Shown one piece after another: positions 12,092 through 22,595 of a DNA stretch of 64,000 bases. The DNA is from Clostridiales bacterium. GTDB lineage: Bacteria; Bacillota; Clostridia; Christensenellales; UBA1242. The position numbers were made by a program, and so were the translations under genes. The stretch lies in assembly GCA_918262735.1 (NCBI GenBank), contig CAKJYJ010000002.1:57226-121225 (forward strand), in the 5' to 3' direction. Each line of letters opens with the position of its first letter. Position 1 is the stretch's first letter. The notes under the pieces are model-generated. The model was given only the letters and a program-made list of their open reading frames with translations, was not told the origin of the DNA and did no database searches.

Positions 12092-13672
12092 TTAATTAAC
12101 AATAATATTTAATAATATTTCAACATTATTATTTATGTCATTAATTGTTAGCGTGCAAGTTCCTGTGTTTATTATTCCAAATGTAATGTTGCCATTGGTA
12201 ACCGGCTCTAAAAGGGTACAGGTACCATTTGAAAATGTTGCAGTGAATTCTTGCGATAATTGTTTAACATTATTCTCATATGCGAAACAAGAAATTTGCA
12301 TTTGTGCTCCGGTTTGAACATTAGTTATAGTTAATGAGTTGCTATTTAATTCCGCATCACAATTATATGTTGTTTGAACATTTATTTCATGAGTGATTGT
12401 TGGCGGGGCAATGTATGTTATGTTTAGTGAATAAACAATTTCATTATTAATTCTTAAGTAAACAACAGTGTTTTCTGGGCCGGTTAATTTTATAGTTTCA
12501 TTTGAATATGAAATAGCGGTATCATCATAGAGTATTTCAACATTATTCAGAGCATATGTTGGGGTAGCGGAGAATGAAAAATCATACTCACCATTTAGTT
12601 CAAGGCTAATGTTTGCGCTTGTTCCAAATTCTATTTGGCTATTATTAATTACCAACGAGTTCAAATAAACACTACTCACTCTAACGGTATACGTTTTTGT
12701 TACATTTGAAATTGATGAGGTGAAACTTATTGTTGTTTCTCCATCAGCCTTTGCAATTAATTTATTATTAACAACATCTGCAATGTTTTGGTTTTCAATG
12801 TTGTATGTTATATCATCTATGGTGTTTGGTTGTTGTTCAATGGTAAATGTTGTTTCGTTGAATATGTTATTATCATTTGCCTCTAACAATTTTTCGTTAT
12901 TAAACATGTAAAGATTAATAGTGTTGCTTGTTGTGCTGACATCTGAAAAATTCACAGAGAATTCGGTTAGAGTATTATAAACATGAGTTTCAAAATGTTT
13001 AGTTAATTCATAGTTGCCGTTATACTCATACGTGAGTTCAAATAATTCTTGGTTAGTGCTAAATTCAAAAATATATTCTGTTAGTGTTGTTTGGATTAGA
13101 CGCAGATTTTCTGTTGAACAAAGAATGTTTGGCATTTGATTTGGTAAAATATTATGACTAACCTTTAATATATATGTTTCATTTGAAAATATGGTTGTTA
13201 TGGGATTGTTGTTTGTGTCATATAAACTAAAATTAATTTCGCTTGTGCAGTCAACAACTCTAACAATAGTTTCTTTTTTAATTATTGGGTCACATAAAAC
13301 AGATACCGTTATTTTTGTTTCCCCAATACTATGAGGAAATATTTTGCTACCAGCATCATCTATGGTGGCGATATCTTCATTTTCAACATCAACTTCAACA
13401 GAAGTGTTTGGGGCGCCTGTTACCGAGAAGTAAAAATTTTTATATTCAGCCAGGTATTCAATTTCAATTAAATCTGGAGATTGAATTGAGGCCTGTTCAA
13501 TGGTTGAATTTGTTGGCACACTAATACCAGTTTTATTATTGTCAACAATAATCAGGGTAAAAGTTGTAAATATTACTGCAAATGTTAACACGGCACAAAC
13601 AGTAAGAATTATTTGTTTTATTTTTGAATCAGGCTTAATTTTCATATTTAGTATTATTACATTTTTCGACAA
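12092..13672 (-). CDS. Membrane-anchored Ig-like repeat surface protein
   Basis: N-terminal TM, repeated Big_2-like motifs (ENEDIATID, ENQNIADVV...AKADGETTI); start may be ATG 13645. Confidence 0.6.
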   Translation of the reverse strand: MSKNVIILNMKIKPDSKIKQIILTVCAVLTFAVIFTTFTLIIVDNNKTGISVPTNSTIEQASIQSPDLIEIEYLAEYKNFYFSVTGAPNTSVEVDVENEDIATIDDAGSKIFPHSIGETKITVSVLCDPIIKKETIVRVVDCTSEINFSLYDTNNNPITTIFSNETYILKVSHNILPNQMPNILCSTENLRLIQTTLTEYIFEFSTNQELFELTYEYNGNYELTKHFETHVYNTLTEFSVNFSDVSTTSNTINLYMFNNEKLLEANDNNIFNETTFTIEQQPNTIDDITYNIENQNIADVVNNKLIAKADGETTISFTSSISNVTKTYTVRVSSVYLNSLVINNSQIEFGTSANISLELNGEYDFSFSATPTYALNNVEILYDDTAISYSNETIKLTGPENTVVYLRINNEIVYSLNITYIAPPTITHEINVQTTYNCDAELNSNSLTITNVQTGAQMQISCFAYENNVKQLSQEFTATFSNGTCTLLEPVTNGNITFGIINTGTCTLTINDINNNVEILLNIIVN

Positions 13673-13830
13673 TTTTTCAAAATAAAAATCCCGACGTTTT
13701 TAGAAATATGTTATTTATTTTGTTTTTTTATCGCCATAAAAACCCTGCAACAAAAATAATAAATAAATCTTTGTAATTTAGTTGCTTTTAATTTGGTAAA
13801 AATTTACAATATTGAGCAAGGGAGAGAAAG

Positions 13831-15402
13831 ATGGATATTAAACAAATTGGAGAGCTCGCAGGAATACCTGCAGGAGATATTGTTTTATATGGCGACAATA
13901 TGGCAAAACTTAAAAATGTTAAAGGTAATAAGAATGGTAAACTCATCTTAGTTACCGCAATGACATCAAACAAAACTGGCATTGGCAAAACAACGGTTTC
14001 AATTGGGCTTGCTGATGCACTGTCTAAACTTGGAAAAAATGTTATGCTTGCACTTAGGGAACCATCAATGGGGCCAGTGTTTGGAATTAAGGGCGGAGCA
14101 ACAGGTGGTGGAAAATCCAGAGTTGAACCAAGTGATGAAATAAACCTTCATTTTACTGGCGATTTTGCCGCAATAGCTCAGGCAAATAATCTGCTTGCAT
14201 CAATCATTGATAATCACATATATTTTGGCAACAAATTAAACATAGACACAAAAAATATCTTCTTCAAAAGATGCTTAGATTTAAACGATAGAAGTTTAAG
14301 AAGAATAACATATAAAATTGGCGATGAGGAAATAGAAACCGGGTTTAATATCACTGCTGCAAGTGAGGTTATGGCAGTTTTGTGCCTAAGCGAAGATATT
14401 AAAACTCTTAAAGAAAATTTGGGCAACATTTTAGTTGCGTTAAATAAAAATGGTGAGCCAGTTTATGCAAAGGATTTAGGTGCAGAAGAGGCAATGACAA
14501 TTCTTCTTAAAGACGCACTAAATCCAAATTTGGTTAAAACAATAGAAAACACCCCAGCCATTGTTCATCTTGGGCCATTTGCAAACATTGCACATGGTTG
14601 CAATAGTGTTTCGGCAACAAATTACGCATTAACACATGCGGATTATACCGTAACCGAGGCGGGTTTTGGAAGCGACCTTGGTGCAGAAAAATTTTTAGAT
14701 ATAAAAACTAGAATTATTAACAAGACGCCAGAATGTGCGGTTTTGGTTATTGTTCTAAACGTTATTAAAGAACATGGAAATGGCGACATTGTTGCTGGAT
14801 TTGAAAATGTTAAAAGACACATACACAACTTAAGAGACCAATTTGGATTAAATTTGGTTGTTGCAATAAACAAACATGGAGATGATGACCCACAAGAAAT
14901 TGCACTTGTTGAAGAATTGCTAAAAAAAGAAAATGCAGAGTATGCAATTAGTGAAGGATTTGCAAAGGGTGGAGAGGGATGTGTTAACCTTGCAAACTTA
15001 GTACTGAATAAAATTAACAACACAAAAGAATTCCATTACACCTACGACATGAAAGATACCATCAAAGATAAAATAAATAAAATTGCAACCAAAATATATG
15101 GAGCAACAAGCGTTGCATATTCTGAGGTTGCGGAAAGAAAAATAAAACTTGCCGAGAAGTTTGGTTATGGTGGGTTCTTTGTTAACGTTGCAAAAACACA
15201 GTTTTCATTCACAGATAATAAAGATATGCTTGGCGCACCAACAGATTTTGTTTTTAATATAACAGATGTTGAAATAAGAAGCGGTGCAAAAATGATTGTT
15301 CCAATTGCCGGGGCAATGCTTTTAATGCCAGGGCTGGGCAAAAGTTCTAATTATCTTAACATGCAAATAACAAATGACGGCGAAATACTAGGTCTGTTTT
15401 AA
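13831..15402 (+). CDS. fhs: Formate-tetrahydrofolate ligase
   Basis: GIGKTT, LREPSMGPVFGIKGGATGGG, GPFANIAHG, TEAGFGSDLGAEKF. Confidence 0.96.
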   Translation: MDIKQIGELAGIPAGDIVLYGDNMAKLKNVKGNKNGKLILVTAMTSNKTGIGKTTVSIGLADALSKLGKNVMLALREPSMGPVFGIKGGATGGGKSRVEPSDEINLHFTGDFAAIAQANNLLASIIDNHIYFGNKLNIDTKNIFFKRCLDLNDRSLRRITYKIGDEEIETGFNITAASEVMAVLCLSEDIKTLKENLGNILVALNKNGEPVYAKDLGAEEAMTILLKDALNPNLVKTIENTPAIVHLGPFANIAHGCNSVSATNYALTHADYTVTEAGFGSDLGAEKFLDIKTRIINKTPECAVLVIVLNVIKEHGNGDIVAGFENVKRHIHNLRDQFGLNLVVAINKHGDDDPQEIALVEELLKKENAEYAISEGFAKGGEGCVNLANLVLNKINNTKEFHYTYDMKDTIKDKINKIATKIYGATSVAYSEVAERKIKLAEKFGYGGFFVNVAKTQFSFTDNKDMLGAPTDFVFNITDVEIRSGAKMIVPIAGAMLLMPGLGKSSNYLNMQITNDGEILGLF

Positions 15403-15406
15403 TAGT

Positions 15407-15445
15407 TAAAAAAAAACACACATGGAGTTTCCATGTGTGTTTTTT
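15407..15445. terminator. Bidirectional intrinsic terminator
   Basis: aaaaacacacatgga / tccatgtgtgttttt perfect stem. Confidence 0.85.
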
Positions 15446-15457
15446 ATTTCGGTGCTA

Positions 15458-16297
15458 TTACTCTTTAATGTATAGTATGCCAAGCGTTTTCTTTCCGCAG
15501 TGTGTGCAAATTGTTGGGCCAGCATTTGTTTGGTATACCTCTTCAAAACCATAGTCTTTAAGCATTTGTTCAATTGTGTCGGCAACTGGCATATATGAAG
15601 AATATGTTATAAATACTCTTTTTTTGTTTGGTGGGCATTCTTTTAACATTTCATTGGTATATTTAATTAAGCATGGTTCAATGTTTCCCATATACTTTTT
15701 TGTTACTTTCATTTCGCCGTTAACAAGGCTGATTCTTGGTTTAATTTTAAGAAGATTGGCACCAAGAAGTGCAATTCCAGAACATCTGCCACCCTTGTGT
15801 AAAAATTTTAATGTGTCAATTAAAAATGATGCTTGTGTTTTTTCAATTTCTTCTTTAACTTCTTGGGTTATTTCCTCAACGGTTTTTCCCTCTTTAATTT
15901 TTTCCGCACAAGAAATTATTTGAAGTCCCATACCGGTTGAAAGTGATTTACTATCAAACACGGTTACCTTATTATTACCAATTTCTTGTGAGGCAACAAC
16001 GGCATTATTTCCGGTGCTGGAAATTTTGTGCGAAAGTGAAAAGTGAAAAACGTGGTCACAATCTGTGAGTAAGTTTTCAAAAAATTCAGTATATTCATAG
16101 GCACTTCTTGCAGATGTTTTTGGAAGGTTTCCAGTTCTTTCGGTGTATTCAAAAAGTGCGTCTTGGTCAATGTCAATTCCGTCTTGATATTCTTTATCGT
16201 CAAGGGTGATGACAATTGGCATTAAAGTTACATTATATTTTTTTAATAATTCTGGCGATAGGTCGCAAGTGCTATCTGAGGTTATTTTATATCTCAT
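15458..16297 (-). CDS. DegV family fatty-acid-binding protein
   Basis: ITSDSTCDL, PKTS, LSHKISST, LHKGGR, THCG motifs; start at MRYKIT after GGAG. Confidence 0.93.
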   Translation of the reverse strand: MRYKITSDSTCDLSPELLKKYNVTLMPIVITLDDKEYQDGIDIDQDALFEYTERTGNLPKTSARSAYEYTEFFENLLTDCDHVFHFSLSHKISSTGNNAVVASQEIGNNKVTVFDSKSLSTGMGLQIISCAEKIKEGKTVEEITQEVKEEIEKTQASFLIDTLKFLHKGGRCSGIALLGANLLKIKPRISLVNGEMKVTKKYMGNIEPCLIKYTNEMLKECPPNKKRVFITYSSYMPVADTIEQMLKDYGFEEVYQTNAGPTICTHCGKKTLGILYIKE

Positions 16298-16452
16298 TTT
16301 TCTTCTCCATTTCTTATGTGTTTGGTTAATTTTATCATATACCGAAATGGTTGTCAAACATTCTAAATAATTACCACGATTATTATCGGTCGGGTATTGA
16401 CTTAACTTATGTTGTGTGTTAAAATGCATTATGTAAATATGGGGGAGTTCTT

Positions 16453-17472
16453 ATGAAAAAGTATAAAACAAAAAAACATTTAAGTTTGAATATAACAGAA
16501 AATGAAAAGTGGTCAGAAAACCATAGAAAACAAGTGAGAACATACAGAAATACAAATAACAACTGGCGAAATGAATTAGACAAATTAAATAATGATAAAA
16601 GAATGCAAAAACTTTTCCAATATTCATTTGAGGGCAATAAAAAAATGGTTAAAGCGCTATTAAATGGGGCTGGAGAAGATTTTGACCTAAACTATAAAGA
16701 TACAGACGGCAACACCGCACTTATGTACGCAATTAAGGGCGGAAACATTGAAACAATTAAATATTTAATAGAGCGTGGTGCCGAAATAAACTACATAAAC
16801 AACCTTGAAATATCACCACTTCATCTTGCAGTAAGAAAAAACAGGTTTGACATTGTTAGTGCGCTTGTTGACTTTGGCGCGTTGCTTAACATTAGGGGCA
16901 AATTTGGAGAAACACCAATTTTTGATGCTGTTGGTGAGGGTAATGCAAAAATGGTTGAGGCATTACACTTAAATGGTGCTTTAATTAATGTTAAAAATAA
17001 CAAAGGAGACACTCCACTTTTAGTTGCTGTTAAATCTCCAAAATCGCAAGATTGTGCATTAACGCTTCTTTCACTTGGTGCGAGCGTTGAGGAAGAAAAC
17101 AATAACGGGCAAACCCCATTAATATATTCAATTCACCATAAGAACAATATGATGATAGACATATTACTAAAACGCGGTGCAGACATGAACCATGCAGACG
17201 CCTTTGGAAACACCCCAATTATGTATTGTGCAAAAACAGGCAATCGTGAGGCTCTTAGGGTGTTAATTGCAAGGGGCGCTGACTTTACAAGAAAGAATAA
17301 AGATGGTAAAGATGCGTTAGAAATTGCAAAAGAAAGCGGATTTAATGGTTGTGCGGAAATTTTGGCAAAAGCAAAACGTATTATTGAAAGCAATATTGCA
17401 CCAAAAGCCAAAGAACAAGCACTTAAGGAGTTTGCAACTCACAACAAAATAACAAACTCTTGCGTTAGATAA
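16453..17472 (+). CDS. Ankyrin repeat protein
   Basis: About 7 G-x-TPL/TAL...L...GA repeats. Confidence 0.92.
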   Translation: MKKYKTKKHLSLNITENEKWSENHRKQVRTYRNTNNNWRNELDKLNNDKRMQKLFQYSFEGNKKMVKALLNGAGEDFDLNYKDTDGNTALMYAIKGGNIETIKYLIERGAEINYINNLEISPLHLAVRKNRFDIVSALVDFGALLNIRGKFGETPIFDAVGEGNAKMVEALHLNGALINVKNNKGDTPLLVAVKSPKSQDCALTLLSLGASVEEENNNGQTPLIYSIHHKNNMMIDILLKRGADMNHADAFGNTPIMYCAKTGNREALRVLIARGADFTRKNKDGKDALEIAKESGFNGCAEILAKAKRIIESNIAPKAKEQALKEFATHNKITNSCVR

Positions 17473-17501
17473 TATATTTAGTATTTATTTAGGAGAATTA
17501 C

Positions 17502-18608
17502 ATGATTAAAAACAATATAGATTTAGTTAAAACATTCATAAGGCCAAAGAGTGTTAGCGAAAATGTTGGAAATGGCTATGAGGGTGACGATTTGCGCCTT
17601 GGCACAAGGGACTATGTTTATTTTAACTCATATTTAGACGAATTAAAAACAAAGAAAAACGGGGTTGATAAAGTTGTTTATTCTTCTGACTATGCAGTCA
17701 TGAACGGGGCAAGATATGTTCCGGACTCTTTGGGTCCTAAAGTTAAAGGGAGAAATATTTCAACCTGTTGGCTTTTAACAAGGTACTTTCATGGTTACGT
17801 TTATGCATATGGTGCCGATGGCTCACTAAGTGCATATAGACCAAACTTTAAATCGCTTGGAATGAGGCCGGCATTTAATTTAGATTTATTGCCGGTGCTT
17901 GCAATAAAAAAATTAGGTTATCATAAATTTGACATTAAAGAAGTTTTAGACAAAGACGGGAAAATTAAATATAGAGTTATTGAATTTGGTAAGTTTCCAC
18001 AAACAAAGGCCAAAAATTGCGAAGAGTTAGAAAAGATGTTCAAAGAAGGTAATCTTATACCAACAGGAAAAAGATATCTTGGCAGAATGAATAAAGACGG
18101 CTCTTATGTGTGGAATAATGAATATGAATATGACGATAAAAAGTATGTTAGGGTTGAGGTTAAAACATTTGGAGAACATTCAAAATATAAGGATGGTACC
18201 CGAGCCCCAGCTAACAACACACCCCTTTGGGTTGAAGTAAAACCAATAAAATGGAAAATTAATAACTGGAGTGAACTGCCAAAAGAACTTAATCCAAGAG
18301 GTAATGGGACGGCAAAAGAAATACAAGTGGAGTCTTGTGATGCAATAATGTCTGGTATCCCATATTATCCAGAATGTGGGGATAACACGCAGGCAATGTG
18401 GCAAAACAGTCTTCCTAGAGCATTTTTTAACGATTGTAACATTCATAAAACAATTGCTAACGGCAATGGTGTTGAGGACTATAAGGCCGACCTAAATTTT
18501 GATTTTGAAACAAATGGTTTTATTAACGAGGCTTTGATGCAAGATATAAAAAATACATATAAACTCTTAAACCAAAAGAGAGAAACCGGAGAAGCAAAAG
18601 AAAAATAA
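17502..18608 (+). CDS. DUF6273-like protein
   Basis: GMRPA, IEFGKFPQ, VKPIKW and WQNSLPRAFFN motifs typical of this family. Confidence 0.6.
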   Translation: MIKNNIDLVKTFIRPKSVSENVGNGYEGDDLRLGTRDYVYFNSYLDELKTKKNGVDKVVYSSDYAVMNGARYVPDSLGPKVKGRNISTCWLLTRYFHGYVYAYGADGSLSAYRPNFKSLGMRPAFNLDLLPVLAIKKLGYHKFDIKEVLDKDGKIKYRVIEFGKFPQTKAKNCEELEKMFKEGNLIPTGKRYLGRMNKDGSYVWNNEYEYDDKKYVRVEVKTFGEHSKYKDGTRAPANNTPLWVEVKPIKWKINNWSELPKELNPRGNGTAKEIQVESCDAIMSGIPYYPECGDNTQAMWQNSLPRAFFNDCNIHKTIANGNGVEDYKADLNFDFETNGFINEALMQDIKNTYKLLNQKRETGEAKEK

Positions 18609-18663
18609 AAATAACACTAAACAAACCCACGCGGAAATTCATGTATTATTTAATAGAACAATT

Positions 18664-18694
18664 AAAAACGGTCTAGCAATCGCTAGGCCGTTTT
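18664..18694. terminator. Bidirectional intrinsic terminator
   Basis: aaaacggtctagc / gctaggccgtttt stem. Confidence 0.8.
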
Positions 18695-18707
18695 GTTTAT
18701 TAACACT

Positions 18708-19430
18708 TTAATAATTCTCTAAAATTTTGTTTAATTCCATATAGTCGGTTGACGTTATAATTGCAAGTGGTGGTTCGTGCATTGTGCCAGTTTTGGTTAA
18801 AATTATAACCAAAAGTTTTCTGTTTGCCAAGAACTCGCCAAGAACTTGGTCAACAGTAACCTCACAGTTCATAACCTTATAGTATGATGTTTCGGTTGGA
18901 AGCTTAACAATTTCATCAATTGTATGTTCGTTTAGGAAACTATCAATATTCCAACCATTTAATAGGTGTTCGCCAAGCGCATCTAGTATTTTTTGACCAT
19001 TTGCAACGCCAATCAATTCTCCGTTTTTATAAACGGGGATATTACTATATTTAGTTGAACTGATTTTTTTAATAACCTCACCAACAGAAACGTCATAATT
19101 AACGGTAAAAACGTCTCTTTCTTTAAGAACTTCCATAACAAGTGGAGGTGTTGTTATAAGTTTTGCTAGTTGTTCAATTTTAATAACAATATCCTCATGT
19201 GGTTCTGCAATAACCACATCTCCAGAGGTTCCGTGAATGATTGCATTTCTAAGCCGGCTATAATCTATTAAATCTTCTTCATATTTTTTAACAATATGAT
19301 TGACCGTGCTTGCACGTCTAATCATATCTGAAAAACCCATACTTCGCTTAAAATCGTGTTGCACTCTAAGTGCGTAATCTATTTGATTGTATGCGTCAAT
19401 GAATCTTCGTGAATTTGTTTCCTTTGCCAA
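18708..19430 (-). CDS. CBS domain-containing protein
   Basis: N-terminal RLRNAIIH motif followed by a CBS pair (YSNIPVYKNGELIG); TTG start with SD GAGGAG. Confidence 0.85.
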   Translation of the reverse strand: MAKETNSRRFIDAYNQIDYALRVQHDFKRSMGFSDMIRRASTVNHIVKKYEEDLIDYSRLRNAIIHGTSGDVVIAEPHEDIVIKIEQLAKLITTPPLVMEVLKERDVFTVNYDVSVGEVIKKISSTKYSNIPVYKNGELIGVANGQKILDALGEHLLNGWNIDSFLNEHTIDEIVKLPTETSYYKVMNCEVTVDQVLGEFLANRKLLVIILTKTGTMHEPPLAIITSTDYMELNKILENY

Positions 19431-19529
19431 AATTATTTGCTCCTCTTATTCATATTGTATTAATTTTTTGAAAAAAATGCAAATATTTTGACGGATATGT
19501 ATTTAATATTTTATAAATGTTGTAAAACA

Positions 19530-19558
19530 TTGACAAATATTTTTATTATGTGTATACT
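19530..19558 (+). promoter_or_regulatory. Sigma-A promoter of the rpmH operon
   Basis: TTGACA-17 nt-TATACT with extended -10 TG. Confidence 0.8.
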
Positions 19559-19636
19559 TGGTTAGTTTAATTTTTGGCTTGTTGTTTTAGTTGTTTGTGC
19601 CAGTGTTAAGCAAATTTATATAGGAGGAATGAATTT

Positions 19637-19771
19637 ATGAAAAGAACTTATCAACCTAAGAAAAGACAAAGAAGTAAAGTTCATGGTTTCCGTCAAAGAA
19701 TGAGCACAAAATCTGGAAGAAACGTGCTTAAAAGACGTAGAAACAGAGGCAGAGCAAAATTATCTGCATAA
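19637..19771 (+). CDS. rpmH: 50S ribosomal protein L34 (missing from ORF track)
   Basis: Translates to [44 protein letters not shown]; SD AGGAGG. Confidence 0.98.
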   Translation: MKRTYQPKKRQRSKVHGFRQRMSTKSGRNVLKRRRNRGRAKLSA

Positions 19772-19789
19772 CAAAAAAGGGGCAATAAT

Positions 19790-20140
19790 ATGATTAAAAG
19801 AGAAAATCGCCTCAAAAAAAATAAGCATTTTAATTATATTTATAAGCATGGGTCAGTATGCCGAGAAGACTTTATTAGTTTGGTTTATATTAAAGCAAAA
19901 ATCAAACCATTTAAGGTTGGCTTTTCGGTGAATAACAAAATTGGTAAAAGCGTTGTTAGGAATAAAATTAAAAGAAGAATGAGAGAGGCTTTTGCACAAA
20001 TGGTTAATATGGTTGACAAAAGATACAACTATATTTTTGTTGCAAAAGAGGGTATTTCTGAAAAAGATTTTTTTGAAATAAAAAATAAAATGATTGATGT
20101 GGTAAAAAGGGCAGGATTAATAAATGCGGAAAATAATTAA
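19790..20140 (+). CDS. rnpA: Ribonuclease P protein component
   Basis: RLKK, KVGFSV..KIGKSVVRNKIKRRMRE (RNR motif); synteny. Confidence 0.95.
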   Translation: MIKRENRLKKNKHFNYIYKHGSVCREDFISLVYIKAKIKPFKVGFSVNNKIGKSVVRNKIKRRMREAFAQMVNMVDKRYNYIFVAKEGISEKDFFEIKNKMIDVVKRAGLINAENN

Positions 20141-20399
20141 AATTCTGTCAATGCCATTTGTGGTAATTGAATTGGGGGTAATATACCTTTATAAAATTCT
20201 AATTTCACCGCTTTTTAGCAAACAATGCCGATATATTCCAACTTGTTCAACATATGCCATTTTGGCAATAAAAGAATTTGGTGTTATTAAGGGGTCAATG
20301 CTGGCAATGAAAAGAGTGCTAAGATGTAATCCACGATGTAAATGTGGGTTTGACCCAGTACCATCAAACATTAAAGGAGATATAAAATGGCTAATTTAG
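20124..20399 (+). CDS. yidD: Membrane protein insertion efficiency factor
   Basis: ISP...CRYIPTCS.YA...RCNP...GFDPVP. Confidence 0.93.
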   Translation: MRKIIKILSMPFVVIELGVIYLYKILISPLFSKQCRYIPTCSTYAILAIKEFGVIKGSMLAMKRVLRCNPRCKCGFDPVPSNIKGDIKWLI

Positions 20400-21490
20400 T
20401 TGGTGCGCTTGCAAGTGTTCCAAACGGATTGTGGGAAAAGATTATTTTTGCTTTCAATGGGGCATTCAAAAATTATGCTCTAGCAATAATTCTCTTAACA
20501 ATTTGTATTAAAATTATTACCCTGCCAATTGATTTTATAAACAGAAGGTCAACACAAAAAATGACCGATGTCCAGGGTAAACTTCAAAAACAAATTGCAG
20601 ACATAAAAAAAAGATACCCAGACCAGATGGTTCAAAATCAAAAACTGTCAGAATTATATAAAAAAGAAGGCTTTAACCCAATGGGTTCTTGTTTTAATAT
20701 GATTTTGGTATTACTGGTAAGTTGGGGTGTGTTCTTCACATTGTTCTCAAGCTTAAACAATATGGCTGCTTTCAAAATTGTTAGTCAGTATGAGGATTTA
20801 AGAGGGGCATACATTCAAGAATATGTTAAAGAAGAAAGAGGAATAAATCAAGAAGAGTTTGAAGCTCTTGAGTTAACTGAAGATGAAATTGGAAACTATA
20901 TTATTACAATTTCAACAAATGGAACAGAAGAAGAAATAGCAACAAGGACTGAAGTTGCAAATCAATCGGTTATTGAAAAATATAAGGAAGTTAAAGAGTC
21001 ATTTTTATGGATTAAAAATGTTTGGATGGCAGACTCTCCAACACAAAGGGCAATTCCAGACTTTGGTTCATATTATAAAATTGCGAAGTTAAAACTCACA
21101 CCAGAAGAATATGAAGTTCAAAAAGTTCAATATGATACCATTATGGCAAAGCTTGAGGAATCGCAGGGGGTAAATGGTTATTATTTACTTGCGGTTTTAG
21201 CTGCAGTTTCTGCATTTTTATATCAATACTTATTAATGAGTAACAAAAAGAAGAAAGATGAACGCAAAAGGGGTTCGGAACAAGATTCTCCAGCCCAAAG
21301 CAGTGGTAAGGCAATGATGATTATTTTACCAGTGATTATGCTTGTGTTCACATTAAGCTATAACTCGGTTTTTGCGTTATATATCATAACCAGTCAATTG
21401 TTTGGTATGGCAACAGCACCGCTTATAAAATATTTAATTAAAGTGACCGATAAGGAAAAGAAAAACAACTACTCAGTTGTAAAAAAATAA
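20387..21490 (+). CDS. yidC: Membrane protein insertase YidC/Oxa1
   Basis: LAIILLTICIK, LYKKEGFNPMGSC, FLWIKN; synteny. Confidence 0.9.
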   Translation: MANLVGALASVPNGLWEKIIFAFNGAFKNYALAIILLTICIKIITLPIDFINRRSTQKMTDVQGKLQKQIADIKKRYPDQMVQNQKLSELYKKEGFNPMGSCFNMILVLLVSWGVFFTLFSSLNNMAAFKIVSQYEDLRGAYIQEYVKEERGINQEEFEALELTEDEIGNYIITISTNGTEEEIATRTEVANQSVIEKYKEVKESFLWIKNVWMADSPTQRAIPDFGSYYKIAKLKLTPEEYEVQKVQYDTIMAKLEESQGVNGYYLLAVLAAVSAFLYQYLLMSNKKKKDERKRGSEQDSPAQSSGKAMMIILPVIMLVFTLSYNSVFALYIITSQLFGMATAPLIKYLIKVTDKEKKNNYSVVKK

Positions 21491-21515
21491 TAAACGAATA
21501 GTTTTGGAGGTAAGT

Positions 21516-22346
21516 ATGTTATCTTGCGAAGGAACGGGAAAAACAATAGAGCAAGCAATTAACAATGCTCTGTTTGAATTAAAAGCGTCAAGAGATGACG
21601 TTGATATAAAAATCTTAGATGAAGGTGGCTTTTTTAGAAAAGCTAAAGTTTTGGTTTCTATTTCCGAAGATGCAATCGAAAAATACGAAAAGAAAGAAGC
21701 ATTAAAAGAGGAAGTTAAAAAAGAAGAAAAGAAAGAAGAAACACAAGAACCGGTTTACACAAAAGACGAGGATGTTGAAGAACCTGTTGACCACATTGTT
21801 TCATCTAAAAAGGATGCAAACAAAGTCCCAGATGTTGAAAAGGCAAAAAACTTTGTTGGAGGTCTTTTAAGTGTTGCTGGGGTTAATGCCGATATTGTTA
21901 GTGAAGAAAGTAAGGAAGATGTTAACCTTAATCTTATTGGAGCATCAGAGATTATTGGTTTTAGAGGTGAAGGCTTAAATGCAATACAATACTTAGCAAA
22001 TGTTTATGTTGCAAAAAATAATCGCCATTGCAAAAAAATAAGAATTGATTGCGATAACTATAGGGCAAAAAGAGAAGATACCCTTATTGCTCTTGCAAAT
22101 AGAATGGCAAGAAAAGTTGCGAAAACAAATCACCCAGTTAAGTTGGAACCAATGACAGCAAATGAAAGGCGTATTATTCACACAGCACTTGCAGACGATA
22201 AATTTGTTGAAACGATATCTAAGGGTGAGGAGCCATACAGATATTTAACAATATATCCAAAAAAAGAAACAAAAGAAACAAAGCCAGCAGATGCTGTGGT
22301 TGAAACTGCAGAAGTTGCACAAGAAGAATCTGGCGAAAACGAATAA
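21516..22346 (+). CDS. jag: Jag/EloR (KhpB) RNA-binding protein
   Basis: Jag_N (GKTIEQAI), KH (IIGFRGEGLNAIQYL) and R3H (ERRIIH) domains. Confidence 0.93.
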   Translation: MLSCEGTGKTIEQAINNALFELKASRDDVDIKILDEGGFFRKAKVLVSISEDAIEKYEKKEALKEEVKKEEKKEETQEPVYTKDEDVEEPVDHIVSSKKDANKVPDVEKAKNFVGGLLSVAGVNADIVSEESKEDVNLNLIGASEIIGFRGEGLNAIQYLANVYVAKNNRHCKKIRIDCDNYRAKREDTLIALANRMARKVAKTNHPVKLEPMTANERRIIHTALADDKFVETISKGEEPYRYLTIYPKKETKETKPADAVVETAEVAQEESGENE

Positions 22347-22595
22347 TAATATAAAATGGCAACCAGCAAAGATTGGTCGCCATTTTTTATGGCATATAAA
22401 AAGGATAAGAATGGAGCAACTGTTTTTTATAATAATTGTGAAAAAATATAAAAAACATGTGGATTTTATTAAAATTTTGTAATTTTTTGCGTATTTTTTG
22501 ATATTTTTCTTAAACATTTATCTTTTGTTGATGCTTAATTATTTTACATTAAATATTTAATATGATAAAATAATATTTAATATAAGGGAGGTTTA

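Noticed and set aside
11954-12099. AT-only inverted repeats flanking the secA terminator (possible MITE)
   Set aside because: Low complexity, no target-site duplication and no second copy seen
22436-22453. Possible Rex operator upstream of nfnAB (TTGTGAAAAAATATAAAA)
   Set aside because: Only one good half-site in very AT-rich DNA
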